Program-made: the position numbers and the translations under genes
Notes under the pieces: generated by a model
Databases searched by the model: none
What the model saw: only the letters and a program-made list of their open reading frames with translations
Told to the model about the DNA's origin: nothing
Shown here: positions 29,032 to 38,937 of the stretch, piece by piece
Position numbering within the stretch: position 1 is the stretch's first letter
Layout: each line of letters opens with the position of its first letter
Source: Patescibacteria group bacterium
GTDB taxonomy: Bacteria > Patescibacteriota > Minisyncoccia > Phycocordibacterales > SBAW01
Reading direction: 5' to 3'
Assembly (NCBI GenBank): GCA_019752125.1
Contig: JAIEMM010000012.1
Span: 3,437 to 67,436, forward strand
DNA length: 64,000 nt

Positions 29032-30303
29032 ATGGGAAGTTTTTCTGAAAAATTAACGCTTCTCCTCACAGACAAGCTGTTGCGTAACCGCTTGTTGTTT
29101 GTGTTTGGCGCACTTGCTGTATTTCGTGTGCTTGCCTCTATCCCAATTCCTGGTATTGATGTCGCCCAGCTTACGCTTTTCTTCAACAACAACCAATTCT
29201 TTGGCCTCTTAAACCTCTTCTCAGGTGGCGGGTTGAGCAATCTTTCCCTCGTACTCCTCGGCGTTGGCCCATACATCACCGCGTCTATCATTCTCCAGCT
29301 TCTTACTATGATGGTGCCAGCACTTAAACAGCTGTACCAGGAAGAAGGGGAGATAGGTCGTCAGAAATTTAGCCAATACACCCGTTTTCTCACACTTCCT
29401 CTTGCTGTTGTGCAGGGCATCAGCTTCCTGTTGATCTTGCAGCGTGAAGGTATTATGCCTGGCCTCACGTCATTCCAGTTTGGCGTTAACCTCCTTGTTA
29501 TTGTCGCAGGCTCACTACTCTTGATGTGGATCGGCGAACTTATTTCTGAGTTCGGTCTTGGTAACGGCGTTTCAGTACTTATCTTTGCCGGTATCGTTGC
29601 CCGCCTACCTCGCGATGCTTCACAGTTGTTGTTTTCGTTCAACGCATCGCAGCTTCCTGTATACATCGCGTTTATCGCGGCAGCTATAGCTATTGTTGCG
29701 GCGGTTGTAGTTATTACAGAAGCGGAACGTCCAGTGCCGGTGACATATGCAAAACGCGTACGCGGCATGAAGTTCTTCGGTGGCGCTTCTACCTACCTCC
29801 CACTTCGCCTTAACCAGGCAGGTGTTATCCCAATCATCTTTGCGCTCTCACTTCTTTTGATTCCACAAATGATAGCAAGCTTCTTCGCGACGTCGTCTAT
29901 TGGATGGCTTGCAAGCGCTTCACATACAGTCATGAGCCTCTTCCAGCACCTTGGTGTGTACGGAGCAGTCTACTTCGTGCTTGTATTTCTCTTTACGTAC
30001 TTCTACACTGCGGTCACGTTTGACCCACATCAGATCTCAGAGAACCTCCAGAAGAACGGCGCATTCATTCCAGGTGTTCGCCCAGGCGGCTCAACCATGG
30101 AATATCTAGGTCGCGTTATCACTCGGATCACCTTTGTTGGCGCGCTCTTCCTTGGTGTCATTGCCGTACTCCCAATCATCATGCAGTCTCTCACGGGCAT
30201 CACATCACTCGCACTTGGTGGCACCGCACTCCTCATCGTTGTCTCAGTCATCCTTGATCTTGCACGCCGCATTGACGCGCAAATCTCAATCCGCGAATAT
30301 TAA
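29032..30303 (+). CDS. secY: preprotein translocase subunit SecY
   Basis: LGVGPYITASII, GLGNGVS, NQAGVIPIIFA, FIPGVRPG, GGTALLIVV. Confidence 0.98.
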   Translation: MGSFSEKLTLLLTDKLLRNRLLFVFGALAVFRVLASIPIPGIDVAQLTLFFNNNQFFGLLNLFSGGGLSNLSLVLLGVGPYITASIILQLLTMMVPALKQLYQEEGEIGRQKFSQYTRFLTLPLAVVQGISFLLILQREGIMPGLTSFQFGVNLLVIVAGSLLLMWIGELISEFGLGNGVSVLIFAGIVARLPRDASQLLFSFNASQLPVYIAFIAAAIAIVAAVVVITEAERPVPVTYAKRVRGMKFFGGASTYLPLRLNQAGVIPIIFALSLLLIPQMIASFFATSSIGWLASASHTVMSLFQHLGVYGAVYFVLVFLFTYFYTAVTFDPHQISENLQKNGAFIPGVRPGGSTMEYLGRVITRITFVGALFLGVIAVLPIIMQSLTGITSLALGGTALLIVVSVILDLARRIDAQISIREY

Positions 30304-30306
30304 GCA

Positions 30307-30882
30307 ATGAAAGGCAAACTCATTCTTGTTGTCGGGCCGACCGGTAGCGGAAAGGGGACACTCCTCTCGTATTTACGCGAAACAGAAGGAAGCTCGTATG
30401 TCTTTCCTATATCGTGCACTACCCGCGCACCTCGTCCTGGAGAAAAAGACGGAGAGACGTACTATTTCTTAACAAAAGAAGAATTTGAAAAGCGCGAAGC
30501 GCAGGGCGATTTCCTTGAATGGGCTGCGTACGGCAGCAATTACTACGGCACGCTAAAATCAGAAATCCTTCCGTTTATAGAACAAGGTAAAACGGTTATT
30601 CGAGAAGTTGAGGTTCAGGGTGCCCGTCAGATCCAGACATTGATTTCTAAGGATGATCTTCAAATTATCTTTATTGATGCCGGGGAATGGGCGGATCTTG
30701 AGCGTCGCATTCTTGCACGCGCCTCCATGAGTGAAGTTGAACTGCTCGCGCGCCGCAAGCGTTACGAAGACGAACTTACATTTAAAGGTGAAGCCGCTCG
30801 TGTGGTTGTAAATCCTGATGGCGGCCTTGAGCAGGCAAAAATTGATTTTATAAACGCCGTCCATGAATTGGCGGCGCAGTAG
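30307..30882 (+). CDS. gmk: guanylate kinase
   Basis: GPTGSGKGT, SCTTRAPRPGE.DG..YYF, NYYGT. Confidence 0.96.
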   Translation: MKGKLILVVGPTGSGKGTLLSYLRETEGSSYVFPISCTTRAPRPGEKDGETYYFLTKEEFEKREAQGDFLEWAAYGSNYYGTLKSEILPFIEQGKTVIREVEVQGARQIQTLISKDDLQIIFIDAGEWADLERRILARASMSEVELLARRKRYEDELTFKGEAARVVVNPDGGLEQAKIDFINAVHELAAQ

Positions 30883-30888
30883 TGTACA

Positions 30889-31488
30889 ATGTCTAGCGTG
30901 AATAAACAGACACTGATATTTCTAGGTCCCCAAGGTTCAGGGAAGGGAACGCAGATAGATTTATTAAAAGAACATCTCGCAAAGGTTGATACGGGCCGCA
31001 CCATACTCCAGTTTGGAATGGGGCAAGGTCTTCGTGAGCTTGCAACCCACGCAGATTTTACTGGCAAAAAAACTGATGCAATTTTGCGAGCCGGCGGCCT
31101 TATTCCGTATTCAGTAAGCTGTGCAGTATTTGCTCAGTATCTGATGAACAACGCACAAGGAGACGAACACATCATCATTGATGGGTTCCCACGTACTCCA
31201 GACCAGGTGCCAATGCTCGACTCAGCGCTCGATTTTTTTGAAGCAAAGCCTGCAACTGTTGTGTGCATCAATATATCCGATGAAGAGGCGGTAACGCGTC
31301 TTTTGAAACGTGGCCGCAATGACGATACAGAAGAAGGTATTCGCAAACGTCTTGCATGGTCTCGCAAAGATACTATGCCTAACGTTGAATGGTTCCGCGC
31401 AAACCCATCATACAAAGTGCTCGACATAGACGGCGAGCGTAGTGTTGAAGAAATTCAAAAAGATATCATCGCACAGCTCGGTTTATAA
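30889..31488 (+). CDS. adk: adenylate kinase family (short, LID-less)
   Basis: GPQGSGKGTQ, DGFPR, RGRNDD; start may be GTG 30898. Confidence 0.88.
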   Translation: MSSVNKQTLIFLGPQGSGKGTQIDLLKEHLAKVDTGRTILQFGMGQGLRELATHADFTGKKTDAILRAGGLIPYSVSCAVFAQYLMNNAQGDEHIIIDGFPRTPDQVPMLDSALDFFEAKPATVVCINISDEEAVTRLLKRGRNDDTEEGIRKRLAWSRKDTMPNVEWFRANPSYKVLDIDGERSVEEIQKDIIAQLGL

Positions 31489-31491
31489 AAA

Positions 31492-32259
31492 ATGATTGCG
31501 ACATCTCAAGCAGAAATAGAACAACTCAGGATTTCGGGCAAGATTCTTGCAGAAGTTTTGAAGGAGTGTATCCAAATGGTGAAGCCGGGGGTTACTACGG
31601 CCGCTCTTGATATTGCTGCAGAAAAAGGGATTCGCGATAGAGGTGGAGTACCAGTGTTTTTGAACTACAAACCATCTGGTGCTTCGTACCCATATCCAGC
31701 AGCACTTTGCGTGACTATCAATGATGAAGTTGCACACGGTATACCAAGCGAGGATCGAGTTATTCAAGAAGGCGATATCGTTTCTCTTGACCTCGGTGTC
31801 TCATACAACGGCTATGTTACTGATGCAGCGCTTGCGTGCATCGCGGGAGAAGGGGATGAAGATTCAAAACGTCTCCTTGAAGCGGCTCGGGAGACCTTGA
31901 AAGTCGCGCTCAGCGCGATGAAAGCAGGTGCGCACGCAGAAGATGCGGGTGCTGCAGTAGAACTTGTTGCAAAAAAATATAAGGTCGCGATTGTAGAAGA
32001 TTTGGGAGGACACGGAGTAGGAAAAGGTGTTCATGAAAAACCATATATCTCAAACGTTGGCACAAAAGGGAAGGGCGAAATTTTGCCTGCGGGGATGGTC
32101 CTTGCGCTTGAGCCGCATCTTACGCTCGGCAAGGGCGATATCGTGCTTGAAGACGACCAGTGGACCTATTCAACTCTCGACGGCTCCCGCGCTGCACACT
32201 TTGAGCAGACTATTATGCTCACTGAGAATGGGTGTGAAATCCTAACGCCGCTCTTGTAA
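31492..32259 (+). CDS. map: type I methionine aminopeptidase
   Basis: NDEVAHGIP, GDIVSLDLG..DAA, GHGVG..HEKP, AAHFEQT. Confidence 0.96.
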   Translation: MIATSQAEIEQLRISGKILAEVLKECIQMVKPGVTTAALDIAAEKGIRDRGGVPVFLNYKPSGASYPYPAALCVTINDEVAHGIPSEDRVIQEGDIVSLDLGVSYNGYVTDAALACIAGEGDEDSKRLLEAARETLKVALSAMKAGAHAEDAGAAVELVAKKYKVAIVEDLGGHGVGKGVHEKPYISNVGTKGKGEILPAGMVLALEPHLTLGKGDIVLEDDQWTYSTLDGSRAAHFEQTIMLTENGCEILTPLL

Positions 32260-32287
32260 TTTTCCGTATATATTGTAGAGTAGCGCA

Positions 32288-32872
32288 ATGATACATCCGA
32301 AGGAGGAAAAGACGTTTGTGCTTATTAAGCCAGACGGCGTCCGTAAGGGTTTGGTGGGGGAGATTCTAAATCGCTTCGAGCGTCGCGACCTTAAGGTTGT
32401 TGCTCTGGAGATGTTCCAGCCGACCCGCGCCGAAATGGATAATCACTATCCTAAGGATGAGAAGTGGATTGCGCGCATAGGTGAACGCACATCTGCAACC
32501 TATTCAAAATACGGCCATGACATTAAGCGTGACTTCGGCACTACCGACACGGTTAAGATCGGGAAAGAGGTGCGCAAGTGGCTTATCGAGTTCATGATAT
32601 CGGCACCTCTCGTCAAAATGGTTGTCCAGGGTCCGCATGCAGTAGATATGGTTCGCAAGATTGTCGGACCTACAATGCCGTATTTGGCCGAAATGGGTAC
32701 CATCCGCGGAGACTATTCAGCTGACTCAGCAATTTCAGCCAATATAGAAAAGCGCGCAATATACAACCTCATCCATGCGTCAGAAACTCCTGAAGAAGCA
32801 AAGCACGAAATCAGCCATTGGTTTGGCAAAAACGCCATCTATAAATACAAACGTTTCGGTGTAGACGAGTAA
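32288..32872 (+). CDS. ndk: nucleoside-diphosphate kinase
   Basis: TFVLIKPDGV, GTIRGDY, NLIHAS. Confidence 0.96.
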   Translation: MIHPKEEKTFVLIKPDGVRKGLVGEILNRFERRDLKVVALEMFQPTRAEMDNHYPKDEKWIARIGERTSATYSKYGHDIKRDFGTTDTVKIGKEVRKWLIEFMISAPLVKMVVQGPHAVDMVRKIVGPTMPYLAEMGTIRGDYSADSAISANIEKRAIYNLIHASETPEEAKHEISHWFGKNAIYKYKRFGVDE

Positions 32873-32912
32873 TTTAGAAATATTTCATCTAGTAGTTTGA
32901 TATACTAGTGCT

Positions 32913-33125
32913 ATGTATACTGCTGCATTCAAAAAAGATGGTAAGTGGATTGCGGCCTGGATTGAAGAAGTTCCCGGTGTGGTTACCCAAGGACGTACTC
33001 TCAAAGAAGCCCGAGAAAATCTCCAAGAAGCATTACAGCTTATGTTAGAGATTAATAGGGAGTCGGCGGTAAAAACTTATAAAGGAAAAATACGTCGGGA
33101 ACGCTTTATCTTAAAAGGTGCGTGA
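32913..33125 (+). CDS. hicB: HicB family antitoxin (short)
   Basis: EVPGVVTQGRTLKEARENLQEAL. Confidence 0.88.
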   Translation: MYTAAFKKDGKWIAAWIEEVPGVVTQGRTLKEARENLQEALQLMLEINRESAVKTYKGKIRRERFILKGA

Positions 33126-33316
33126 AACGGCGCGATTTAATCGCGTATCTTGAATACCACAACTGCGTATTTTCCCGAGAAGGTGCCAACCACACAATTT
33201 ATATAAATACTCGGAATAATCGGAGAAGTGCTGTCCCGCGGCATACAGAAATTAGTCCGTGGGTAAGTAAGAAAATCTGCATGTTTCTGCGTATACCTCC
33301 ACCCCGAACAAAATAG
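33122..33316 (+). CDS. hicA: HicA family toxin
   Basis: KRRDLI..L....C...REGANHTIY...VPRHTEI; GTGA overlap with hicB. Confidence 0.88.
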   Translation: MKRRDLIAYLEYHNCVFSREGANHTIYINTRNNRRSAVPRHTEISPWVSKKICMFLRIPPPRTK

Positions 33317-33355
33317 CTCTGCTTGCAGCTTTGGACAAAATGATATACTAGAAGC

Positions 33356-33472
33356 AGACTGCTGGGGCAAATGTCCTTAAGTGAATCTTCCGGGAGCTCG
33401 CTGTCCGGACACTCTGTGGAGTGCTCGGTAGGGCACCCACCTAACACAGGGAGACACTTGCTCCTGCGGTCT
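33356..33472 (+). ncRNA. ssrS: probable compact 6S RNA
   Basis: Rod fold AGACTGC/GCGGTCT, GGGGCAA/TTGCTCC, TGTC/GACA with central bubble; CGGGAGC and GGCACCCACCT segments; TG-TATACT promoter; downstream terminator. Confidence 0.65.
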
Positions 33473-33511
33473 ACAAAGAACCCCCTTAAGGGGATTTTTT
33501 GTTGATATACT

Positions 33512-34885
33512 GTGTCAGTGCAGTCAACAATATACTTTTACGGGGGCGCAGGAACAGTCACAGGTTCTAATTTTTTATTAGATACGGGTGGTGCAAAATT
33601 TTTAATAGACTGCGGGCTCTTTCAGGGCGCACACGCCTTTGATGATGAAAACTGGAAACCGTTTCCATTTGATCCATCTAGCATTACGCATCTCATAAAT
33701 ACGCATGCACACATCGACCATATTGGCCGTATACCGAAGCTGGTAAAAGATGGGTATCGGGGACGAATACTTTCAACTGAAGCAACAAAGTCACTTGCTG
33801 AGCCAATGCTCTTAGATGCAATGGAGCTGTCGCGTAAAACAGCGCTCAAAATCGGCAAAGAGCCACTGTATACCGAAGATGATATTGTCCAAGCCCTGTC
33901 GCAGTGGGATACGGTGCCGTACCACAAGAAAGTTGAATTGCCCGACGGGGTGACAGTGGAATTTTTGAACAGCGGACATATCTTAGGTTCTGCGATGGCA
34001 AAATTTACCCGTGGAGAAAAATCCATTGTGTTTACGGGAGACTTGGGCGGAGGCGCTTCGCCGCTCTTGGCTGCGTGCGAAATTCCCCAGGGCATAGACT
34101 ACATGGTTATGGAAAGTGTCTACGGTGACAGGACACAAAGCGACAAGTCGCGCGAGAGTCGTCTGGAGCAGCTTGCGGCACGGATAAAAGAAGTGGCACA
34201 GTCGCATGGCACATTGCTTATCCCGGCATTTTCTACTGAACGTACACAGGATTTAATCTTCGATATACGTGAATTGCTCCACGATAAAAAAGTCCCTTCA
34301 ATGCCCGTGTTTCTCGATTCTCCGCTTGCGCAGAAGATTACGGCAAGTTATGTAAGCCATCCGCAGTACTTCAGTGAGGATATGCAGGAGCGCATGAAGG
34401 CAGGAGAGCATCTCTTTGAGTTTGACGGACTGCACTATATCCATGATGCGGAGGAATCACGTAATATAGGCTCACGCAGTGGCCCTAGAATTATTATCGC
34501 AGGCTCTGGCATGAGTAATGGCGGCCGCGTTGTACAACACGAGCTTGATGTGCTTGGCGACACCCGCTCCACCATTCTTATTGTCGGATACCAGGCCGCA
34601 GGAAGCTTGGGCCGTAAGTTGGCCGAAGGTTTTAAAAGCGTGCCTATCAAAGGAAAGAAAATCTCTGTTCGCTGCCGTATCGAAAAAATCTACAGCTATT
34701 CAGCACACATGGACGGCTCGCAGCTACTTGAATTTGTTGAACAAATTGGACCATCGCTTACACAAGTGTTTGTAACCATGGGGGAGCCTGCATCGTCTGC
34801 ATTTTTAGCGCAGCGTATTCGTGAATACGCCGGCATCCAGGCACTTACTCCAGATGCAGGCACCGAGCAACAAGTAGAGTTATAA
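33512..34885 (+). CDS. MBL-fold/beta-CASP ribonuclease family protein
   Basis: VTGS, DCGLFQG, THAHIDHIG, GHILGS, ESVYG, YSAHMD. Confidence 0.93.
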   Translation: MSVQSTIYFYGGAGTVTGSNFLLDTGGAKFLIDCGLFQGAHAFDDENWKPFPFDPSSITHLINTHAHIDHIGRIPKLVKDGYRGRILSTEATKSLAEPMLLDAMELSRKTALKIGKEPLYTEDDIVQALSQWDTVPYHKKVELPDGVTVEFLNSGHILGSAMAKFTRGEKSIVFTGDLGGGASPLLAACEIPQGIDYMVMESVYGDRTQSDKSRESRLEQLAARIKEVAQSHGTLLIPAFSTERTQDLIFDIRELLHDKKVPSMPVFLDSPLAQKITASYVSHPQYFSEDMQERMKAGEHLFEFDGLHYIHDAEESRNIGSRSGPRIIIAGSGMSNGGRVVQHELDVLGDTRSTILIVGYQAAGSLGRKLAEGFKSVPIKGKKISVRCRIEKIYSYSAHMDGSQLLEFVEQIGPSLTQVFVTMGEPASSAFLAQRIREYAGIQALTPDAGTEQQVEL

Positions 34886-34892
34886 TTGAGCG

Positions 34893-35495
34893 ATGGAATT
34901 ACTCGAACAAGGGCAGAAAATAAAACTTGGCGTGTCGGGTGCCGCAGAGACTGGACACTGCGGGATAGATGCATATGAAAAGGGGATGGAGCTTGGGCGA
35001 CAGATTGCTGCGCAAGGAGCAATCCTTCTTACAGGAGCTACTACAGGGTTCCCAATGTGGTCGGCTATGGGCACTAAAGAGGCGAATGGTATTTCCATAG
35101 GTGTTTCTCCAGCAAATTCAGAAAAAGAGCATATCGAAACCTACAATTTGCCGCTCGAGTACATGGATCTAATTTTGTACACAGGCTTTGGTTTTCCTGG
35201 GCGGGATATTATTTTCACACATTCATCCGATGGCATGCTCTTTGGGTGCGGGCGCATTGGTACCGTACATGAATTTACCGTAGCGTTTGAGGATGGAAAA
35301 CCAATAGGCATTCTTGAAGGCTCATGGGACACAGATGAAGTCATTAAGGATATATTGGCCAACGGCCATCGACCCAACGACAACATTGTGTTTGATAGTG
35401 ACCCTAAAATTCTTGTCGAAAAGGTACTAGAGCTCGTAAAAAAGAATAGGGCAGCCAGATCGGCTACCCATATTCCTGTTACTGCTCAGGTTTAG
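34893..35495 (+). CDS. LOG/SLOG-family nucleotide-binding protein
   Basis: GVSGA, LLTGATTG, IGVSP, TGFG..GRD, GTVHEF. Confidence 0.8.
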   Translation: MELLEQGQKIKLGVSGAAETGHCGIDAYEKGMELGRQIAAQGAILLTGATTGFPMWSAMGTKEANGISIGVSPANSEKEHIETYNLPLEYMDLILYTGFGFPGRDIIFTHSSDGMLFGCGRIGTVHEFTVAFEDGKPIGILEGSWDTDEVIKDILANGHRPNDNIVFDSDPKILVEKVLELVKKNRAARSATHIPVTAQV

Positions 35496-35496
35496 T

Positions 35497-35847
35497 TTAT
35501 TTTACTTTTGCTACGATTCGAGCAAAGGTTTCTGGAGACTGTTCTGCGAGGGCAGAAAGCATTTTGCGGTTTATTTCGATATTGGCTTTCTTGAGTGCGC
35601 CGATGAATTTGCTGTATGAGAACTTTTCGTCGATCATGTCGAGACCTGCGTTGATGCGAACGTTCCAGAGCTTGCGATAATCGTTCTTCTTGTCGCGGCG
35701 GTGCGCAAATGCATATTTGCCGGCGTGGAAGATAGCTTCACGTGCCTGCTTCTTTTTTGTAGAGCGGCCAAAGCGGTAGCCTTTGGTCATCGCAAGAATA
35801 TTCTTGCGGCGTTTTAGTGAATTTACTCCTCCTTTTGAGCGTGCCAT
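35497..35847 (-). CDS. rplT: 50S ribosomal protein L20
   Basis: MARSKGG, KGYR, YAFAHRR.KK..YRKLWNVRINA. Confidence 0.97.
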   Translation of the reverse strand: MARSKGGVNSLKRRKNILAMTKGYRFGRSTKKKQAREAIFHAGKYAFAHRRDKKNDYRKLWNVRINAGLDMIDEKFSYSKFIGALKKANIEINRKMLSALAEQSPETFARIVAKVK

Positions 35848-35865
35848 AGTAGTGATTTAATAGAA

Positions 35866-36066
35866 TTAACGTTTTGATGGGGAAACAGTGCCAATATAGC
35901 GCTGCGAAACCTTTGCGGACAAAGAAAGTAGTTGAGAACGGTTACCGGCCATCTGGGTTGAACGACCCTCTTTTGCATTGAAATGGTTCTGTCCTGGCTT
36001 GCGGGCAACTATCTTACCGTTCTTGGTAATCTTGATGCGCTTCGTAAATGATTTGTTGGTTTTCAT
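35866..36066 (-). CDS. rpmI: 50S ribosomal protein L35
   Basis: KTNKSFTKRIKITKNGK; position between infC and rplT. Confidence 0.92.
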   Translation of the reverse strand: MKTNKSFTKRIKITKNGKIVARKPGQNHFNAKEGRSTQMAGNRSQLLSLSAKVSQRYIGTVSPSKR

Positions 36067-36155
36067 GGGGTTTTTCAACCAAAAAGGCCCAAATCAGGCC
36101 TTTTTGAAAGACTCGTGCACTATACCACCAAGGTTCTAGAAGTTCAAGCGAAAGG

Positions 36156-36671
36156 CTATTTCTTGGCACCTGCACGCTCTATCACAGTACTAAGGCCCTT
36201 GGGGCTCTTGGTTATAGGGTCACTGAGCTTATATTCTGCGGGGATGATCTTCAAAAAGCGCTCTAGACGGTCCTTCAAGAATGCGAATTCCATGTACTTG
36301 TAGCGGCCCCATAGAAATAGGTCTACTTTGACGCGGTGCCCTTCTCCTAGCCACTCTGCAGCACGCTTTGCCTTGAGCATCATGTCGTTTTCGCCAGTGC
36401 CTATCTTGACCTGGACGGACTTAGTCTCCGTCGTGTGAGATTTGGCCTTGATTTCTTTTCGTTTCTTTTCCTGTTCGTATTGGTATTTACCGAACTCCAT
36501 TATCTTGGCAACTGGAGGTACGGCGTTAGGGGAGATCTCGATAAGGTCGAGGCCGGCTGCGTCGGCGTGTGCGAGGGCTTCTGCAAGGGTAATTACACCA
36601 AAGTTCTCTCCCTCTGCACCTATGACGCGGAGCTCGGCTGCACGTATTTGTTTATTGATGCGAGTATCCAA
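36156..36671 (-). CDS. infC: translation initiation factor IF-3
   Basis: RINKQIRA..LRVIG, LDLIEISPNAVPPVAKIMEFGKY; non-ATG start. Confidence 0.96.
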   Translation of the reverse strand: MDTRINKQIRAAELRVIGAEGENFGVITLAEALAHADAAGLDLIEISPNAVPPVAKIMEFGKYQYEQEKKRKEIKAKSHTTETKSVQVKIGTGENDMMLKAKRAAEWLGEGHRVKVDLFLWGRYKYMEFAFLKDRLERFLKIIPAEYKLSDPITKSPKGLSTVIERAGAKK

Positions 36672-36712
36672 AGCGGTTTGTGAAGGCAGTATACCATATC
36701 AGCCCTTTTTAG

Positions 36713-36739
36713 GTAATGCGGTACAATTACTCACGTCTA
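36713..36739 (+). promoter_or_regulatory. putative ECF-sigma autoregulatory promoter
   Basis: GTAAT-N16-CGTCTA, 5 nt before the sigma ATG. Confidence 0.55.
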
Positions 36740-36744
36740 CTTAT

Positions 36745-37281
36745 ATGGAGGATATACAGAAGCAATTTTCGGACATATTTGAGAAGCATTCTGATGAGCT
36801 CTTCAGACATGCTTTCATGAGGCTCTCGGACCGTGAGCGGGCTTTGGAGCTGACCCAAGAAACCTTCTTTAAGGCATGGAACCATGTCTCAAAGGAAGGC
36901 GCTGAGGAGATCCGCCAGTGGCGCTCCTTTCTATATCGCATTCTCAACAACCTGGTCATCGACGAATACCGCAAGCACAAGACACAGTCATTGGATGCCA
37001 TGCTCGCGAACGAAGAGACCAGCGTTATGATGGAGGGGGAATTACTGCGGGACGAAACCAATGAGCTTGAAGCAGCTATTGTGCGGTTTGATGGTGCGAA
37101 AGCGCTTGCGGCGCTTGAGGAGTTGGGGGAGCAGCACAAGACTGTCCTTATGCTTCGCTATATCGATGGGCTGTCTCCGCGCGAAATCGCAGAAAGTCTT
37201 GGTGAAAGTGAAAATACCGTATCGGTCCGCATTCATCGCGGCATCAAGAAGTTGCAGCAGATCCTTACTCAGGAGAAATAA
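36745..37281 (+). CDS. ECF RNA polymerase sigma factor
   Basis: ELTQETFFKAW, FLYRILNNLVIDEYRK, GLSPREIAESLG..ENTVSVRIHRG. Confidence 0.93.
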   Translation: MEDIQKQFSDIFEKHSDELFRHAFMRLSDRERALELTQETFFKAWNHVSKEGAEEIRQWRSFLYRILNNLVIDEYRKHKTQSLDAMLANEETSVMMEGELLRDETNELEAAIVRFDGAKALAALEELGEQHKTVLMLRYIDGLSPREIAESLGESENTVSVRIHRGIKKLQQILTQEK

Positions 37282-37283
37282 CT

Positions 37284-38156
37284 ATGAACGACCTAGAACA
37301 ACATTTTAAAAAAGCGGCAGAGCAGATCCGCATGACCAGCGACGAAAAGAGCGCGATGCGTTTTCGTATTCAGCAAGAAACAGCTTCAGCTACTCCAGCT
37401 CCTGTTTCTTCAGCCACGCCTAGCCCGTATGTATGGATGTTTGCGCCGCGTTCACTCGCAATGCTCAGCGTTGCGTTGCTTGTGATTTTTTCAACGGGTA
37501 GTGCGTACGCTTCAGAGGGGTCATTGCCCGGTTCTCCTCTTTACCCAGTAAAGACAAAAATTGTAGAGCCTCTAAAGGTTGCGCTTGCGTCAACAGTGCA
37601 GGCTAAGGCGCAGGCAAATGCAGATATTGCACAAGTTCGTGTACAGGAAGCGCAGACCTTGGCTGCAAAGGGAGCGCTCACTCCAGAGGCAGTAAAACAA
37701 ATTTCTGATAACTACAATGAACACGCACGCGCAGCGCTCGCGCTTGCTGCACACATAGACACTCACAATGGGGAAGATGATGATGTTGCTGTTATAACAA
37801 CAACGATGGCGGAGCCAGTAGAGCCTGAAGCGGAACATTCAGATGCGGCCGGTGATGTTGTTGCCGTTGCTCCTACTGCGCCAGTAACATTTTCAGCACG
37901 CATCCAAGAAGCTTCGTCTGAGGACACAGTAGATGAGGCTACTTCCTCTCCTTCAACTATGCGTATTCAGAGAACGATGAAGGCTGTTCCGCCTGTTGCG
38001 ATAAAAGCCACAAGCACGGCAACGACCACTGCGCGACAAAGCAATTCACATGATTTTGTTCGCACACTGCGTGCCTCGCTCTCTGCGCAGGCAGAAATTC
38101 TCCAGCAGCTTAATGAAGAAGTCCACTCGGATAGGGGAGAGAAAGGAGATAAATAA
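37284..38156 (+). CDS. membrane-anchored putative anti-sigma factor (DUF5667-like)
   Basis: Directly after the ECF gene; one TM followed by SLPGSPLYPVK. Confidence 0.75.
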   Translation: MNDLEQHFKKAAEQIRMTSDEKSAMRFRIQQETASATPAPVSSATPSPYVWMFAPRSLAMLSVALLVIFSTGSAYASEGSLPGSPLYPVKTKIVEPLKVALASTVQAKAQANADIAQVRVQEAQTLAAKGALTPEAVKQISDNYNEHARAALALAAHIDTHNGEDDDVAVITTTMAEPVEPEAEHSDAAGDVVAVAPTAPVTFSARIQEASSEDTVDEATSSPSTMRIQRTMKAVPPVAIKATSTATTTARQSNSHDFVRTLRASLSAQAEILQQLNEEVHSDRGEKGDK

Positions 38157-38164
38157 TATACATA

Positions 38165-38194
38165 ACAAAAACTCCCTCTACGGGGAGTTTTTGT
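38165..38194. terminator. bidirectional terminator
   Basis: ACAAAAACTCCC-TCTACG-GGGAGTTTTTGT between convergent genes. Confidence 0.8.
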
Positions 38195-38213
38195 TATGTA
38201 AGAGTTTGGTGTG

Positions 38214-38876
38214 CTAGTTGGTCATGAACGTTGATGGCCATGTGACAGAGATCTGTCCGCTGGCATTCACCGCAAGAATCATATAGTAGTACGTCGTGTG
38301 TGCGTAGAGGTTAGTGAGGTTCACTGAATTTGTTGTACCTATAGCAACAGTGCTCGTCTGGAGGTTTACACCTGTTATGCCAGGAGACTGTCCAGGACCT
38401 GTGGTTTCAGTAACAGTGAGAGGGGATGTGCTGTAGTAGATTGTTCCGGTTGCAGGTTGGCTTGTATTCCACATCACAGTCATGCCGGTGTTATTCGCAG
38501 CAAGTGCTGGGATACTGATTATCGGAGCTGATGCTGTGCTTACCACACCGCCACCATATACCGCGTTGAAGGTTGCTATGGTCGATGGGCCGACGCGACC
38601 GTAGCCAGTTGATGCTGCGGTTCCACTCGACACAATACTATTACGAGCTTGGAAGCGTTTTACTGCTCCTGAACTTAGGGAGCCAAAGTACCCTGTCACT
38701 AAGCCTTCTGGGTATAGGGATGAGTCTGATGCGAACGTCTGCTGGAGCGTTGTAACGTCGGAACCTTTAGTGCCGATGTCCATCTGTGTCGAAATTGTTG
38801 CAGCAAGTGCGGGTGTTGCCAACATAAGTGCTGAAAGACCAAGTGCTGCGGCTGAAAGACCAAGTGTTTTTTTCAT
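38214..38876 (-). CDS. secreted peptidoglycan-binding domain protein with FnIII-like C-terminus
   Basis: Signal peptide; DVTTLQ...VTGYFGSLSSGAVKRFQ; LTNL..HTTYYY. Confidence 0.85.
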   Translation of the reverse strand: MKKTLGLSAAALGLSALMLATPALAATISTQMDIGTKGSDVTTLQQTFASDSSLYPEGLVTGYFGSLSSGAVKRFQARNSIVSSGTAASTGYGRVGPSTIATFNAVYGGGVVSTASAPIISIPALAANNTGMTVMWNTSQPATGTIYYSTSPLTVTETTGPGQSPGITGVNLQTSTVAIGTTNSVNLTNLYAHTTYYYMILAVNASGQISVTWPSTFMTN

Positions 38877-38937
38877 AAAATGTGTTACTTAATGTGCTAA
38901 TGGTTACTAATCGAAACCTATTGCTAGGTCACTAATG

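Noticed and set aside
32913-33316. hicB-hicA order as a novelty
   Set aside because: Reversed order with a short HicB is a known arrangement.
36442-36744. N-terminal extension of the ECF sigma ORF
   Set aside because: It overlaps infC antisense; the promoter and domain start support ATG 36745.
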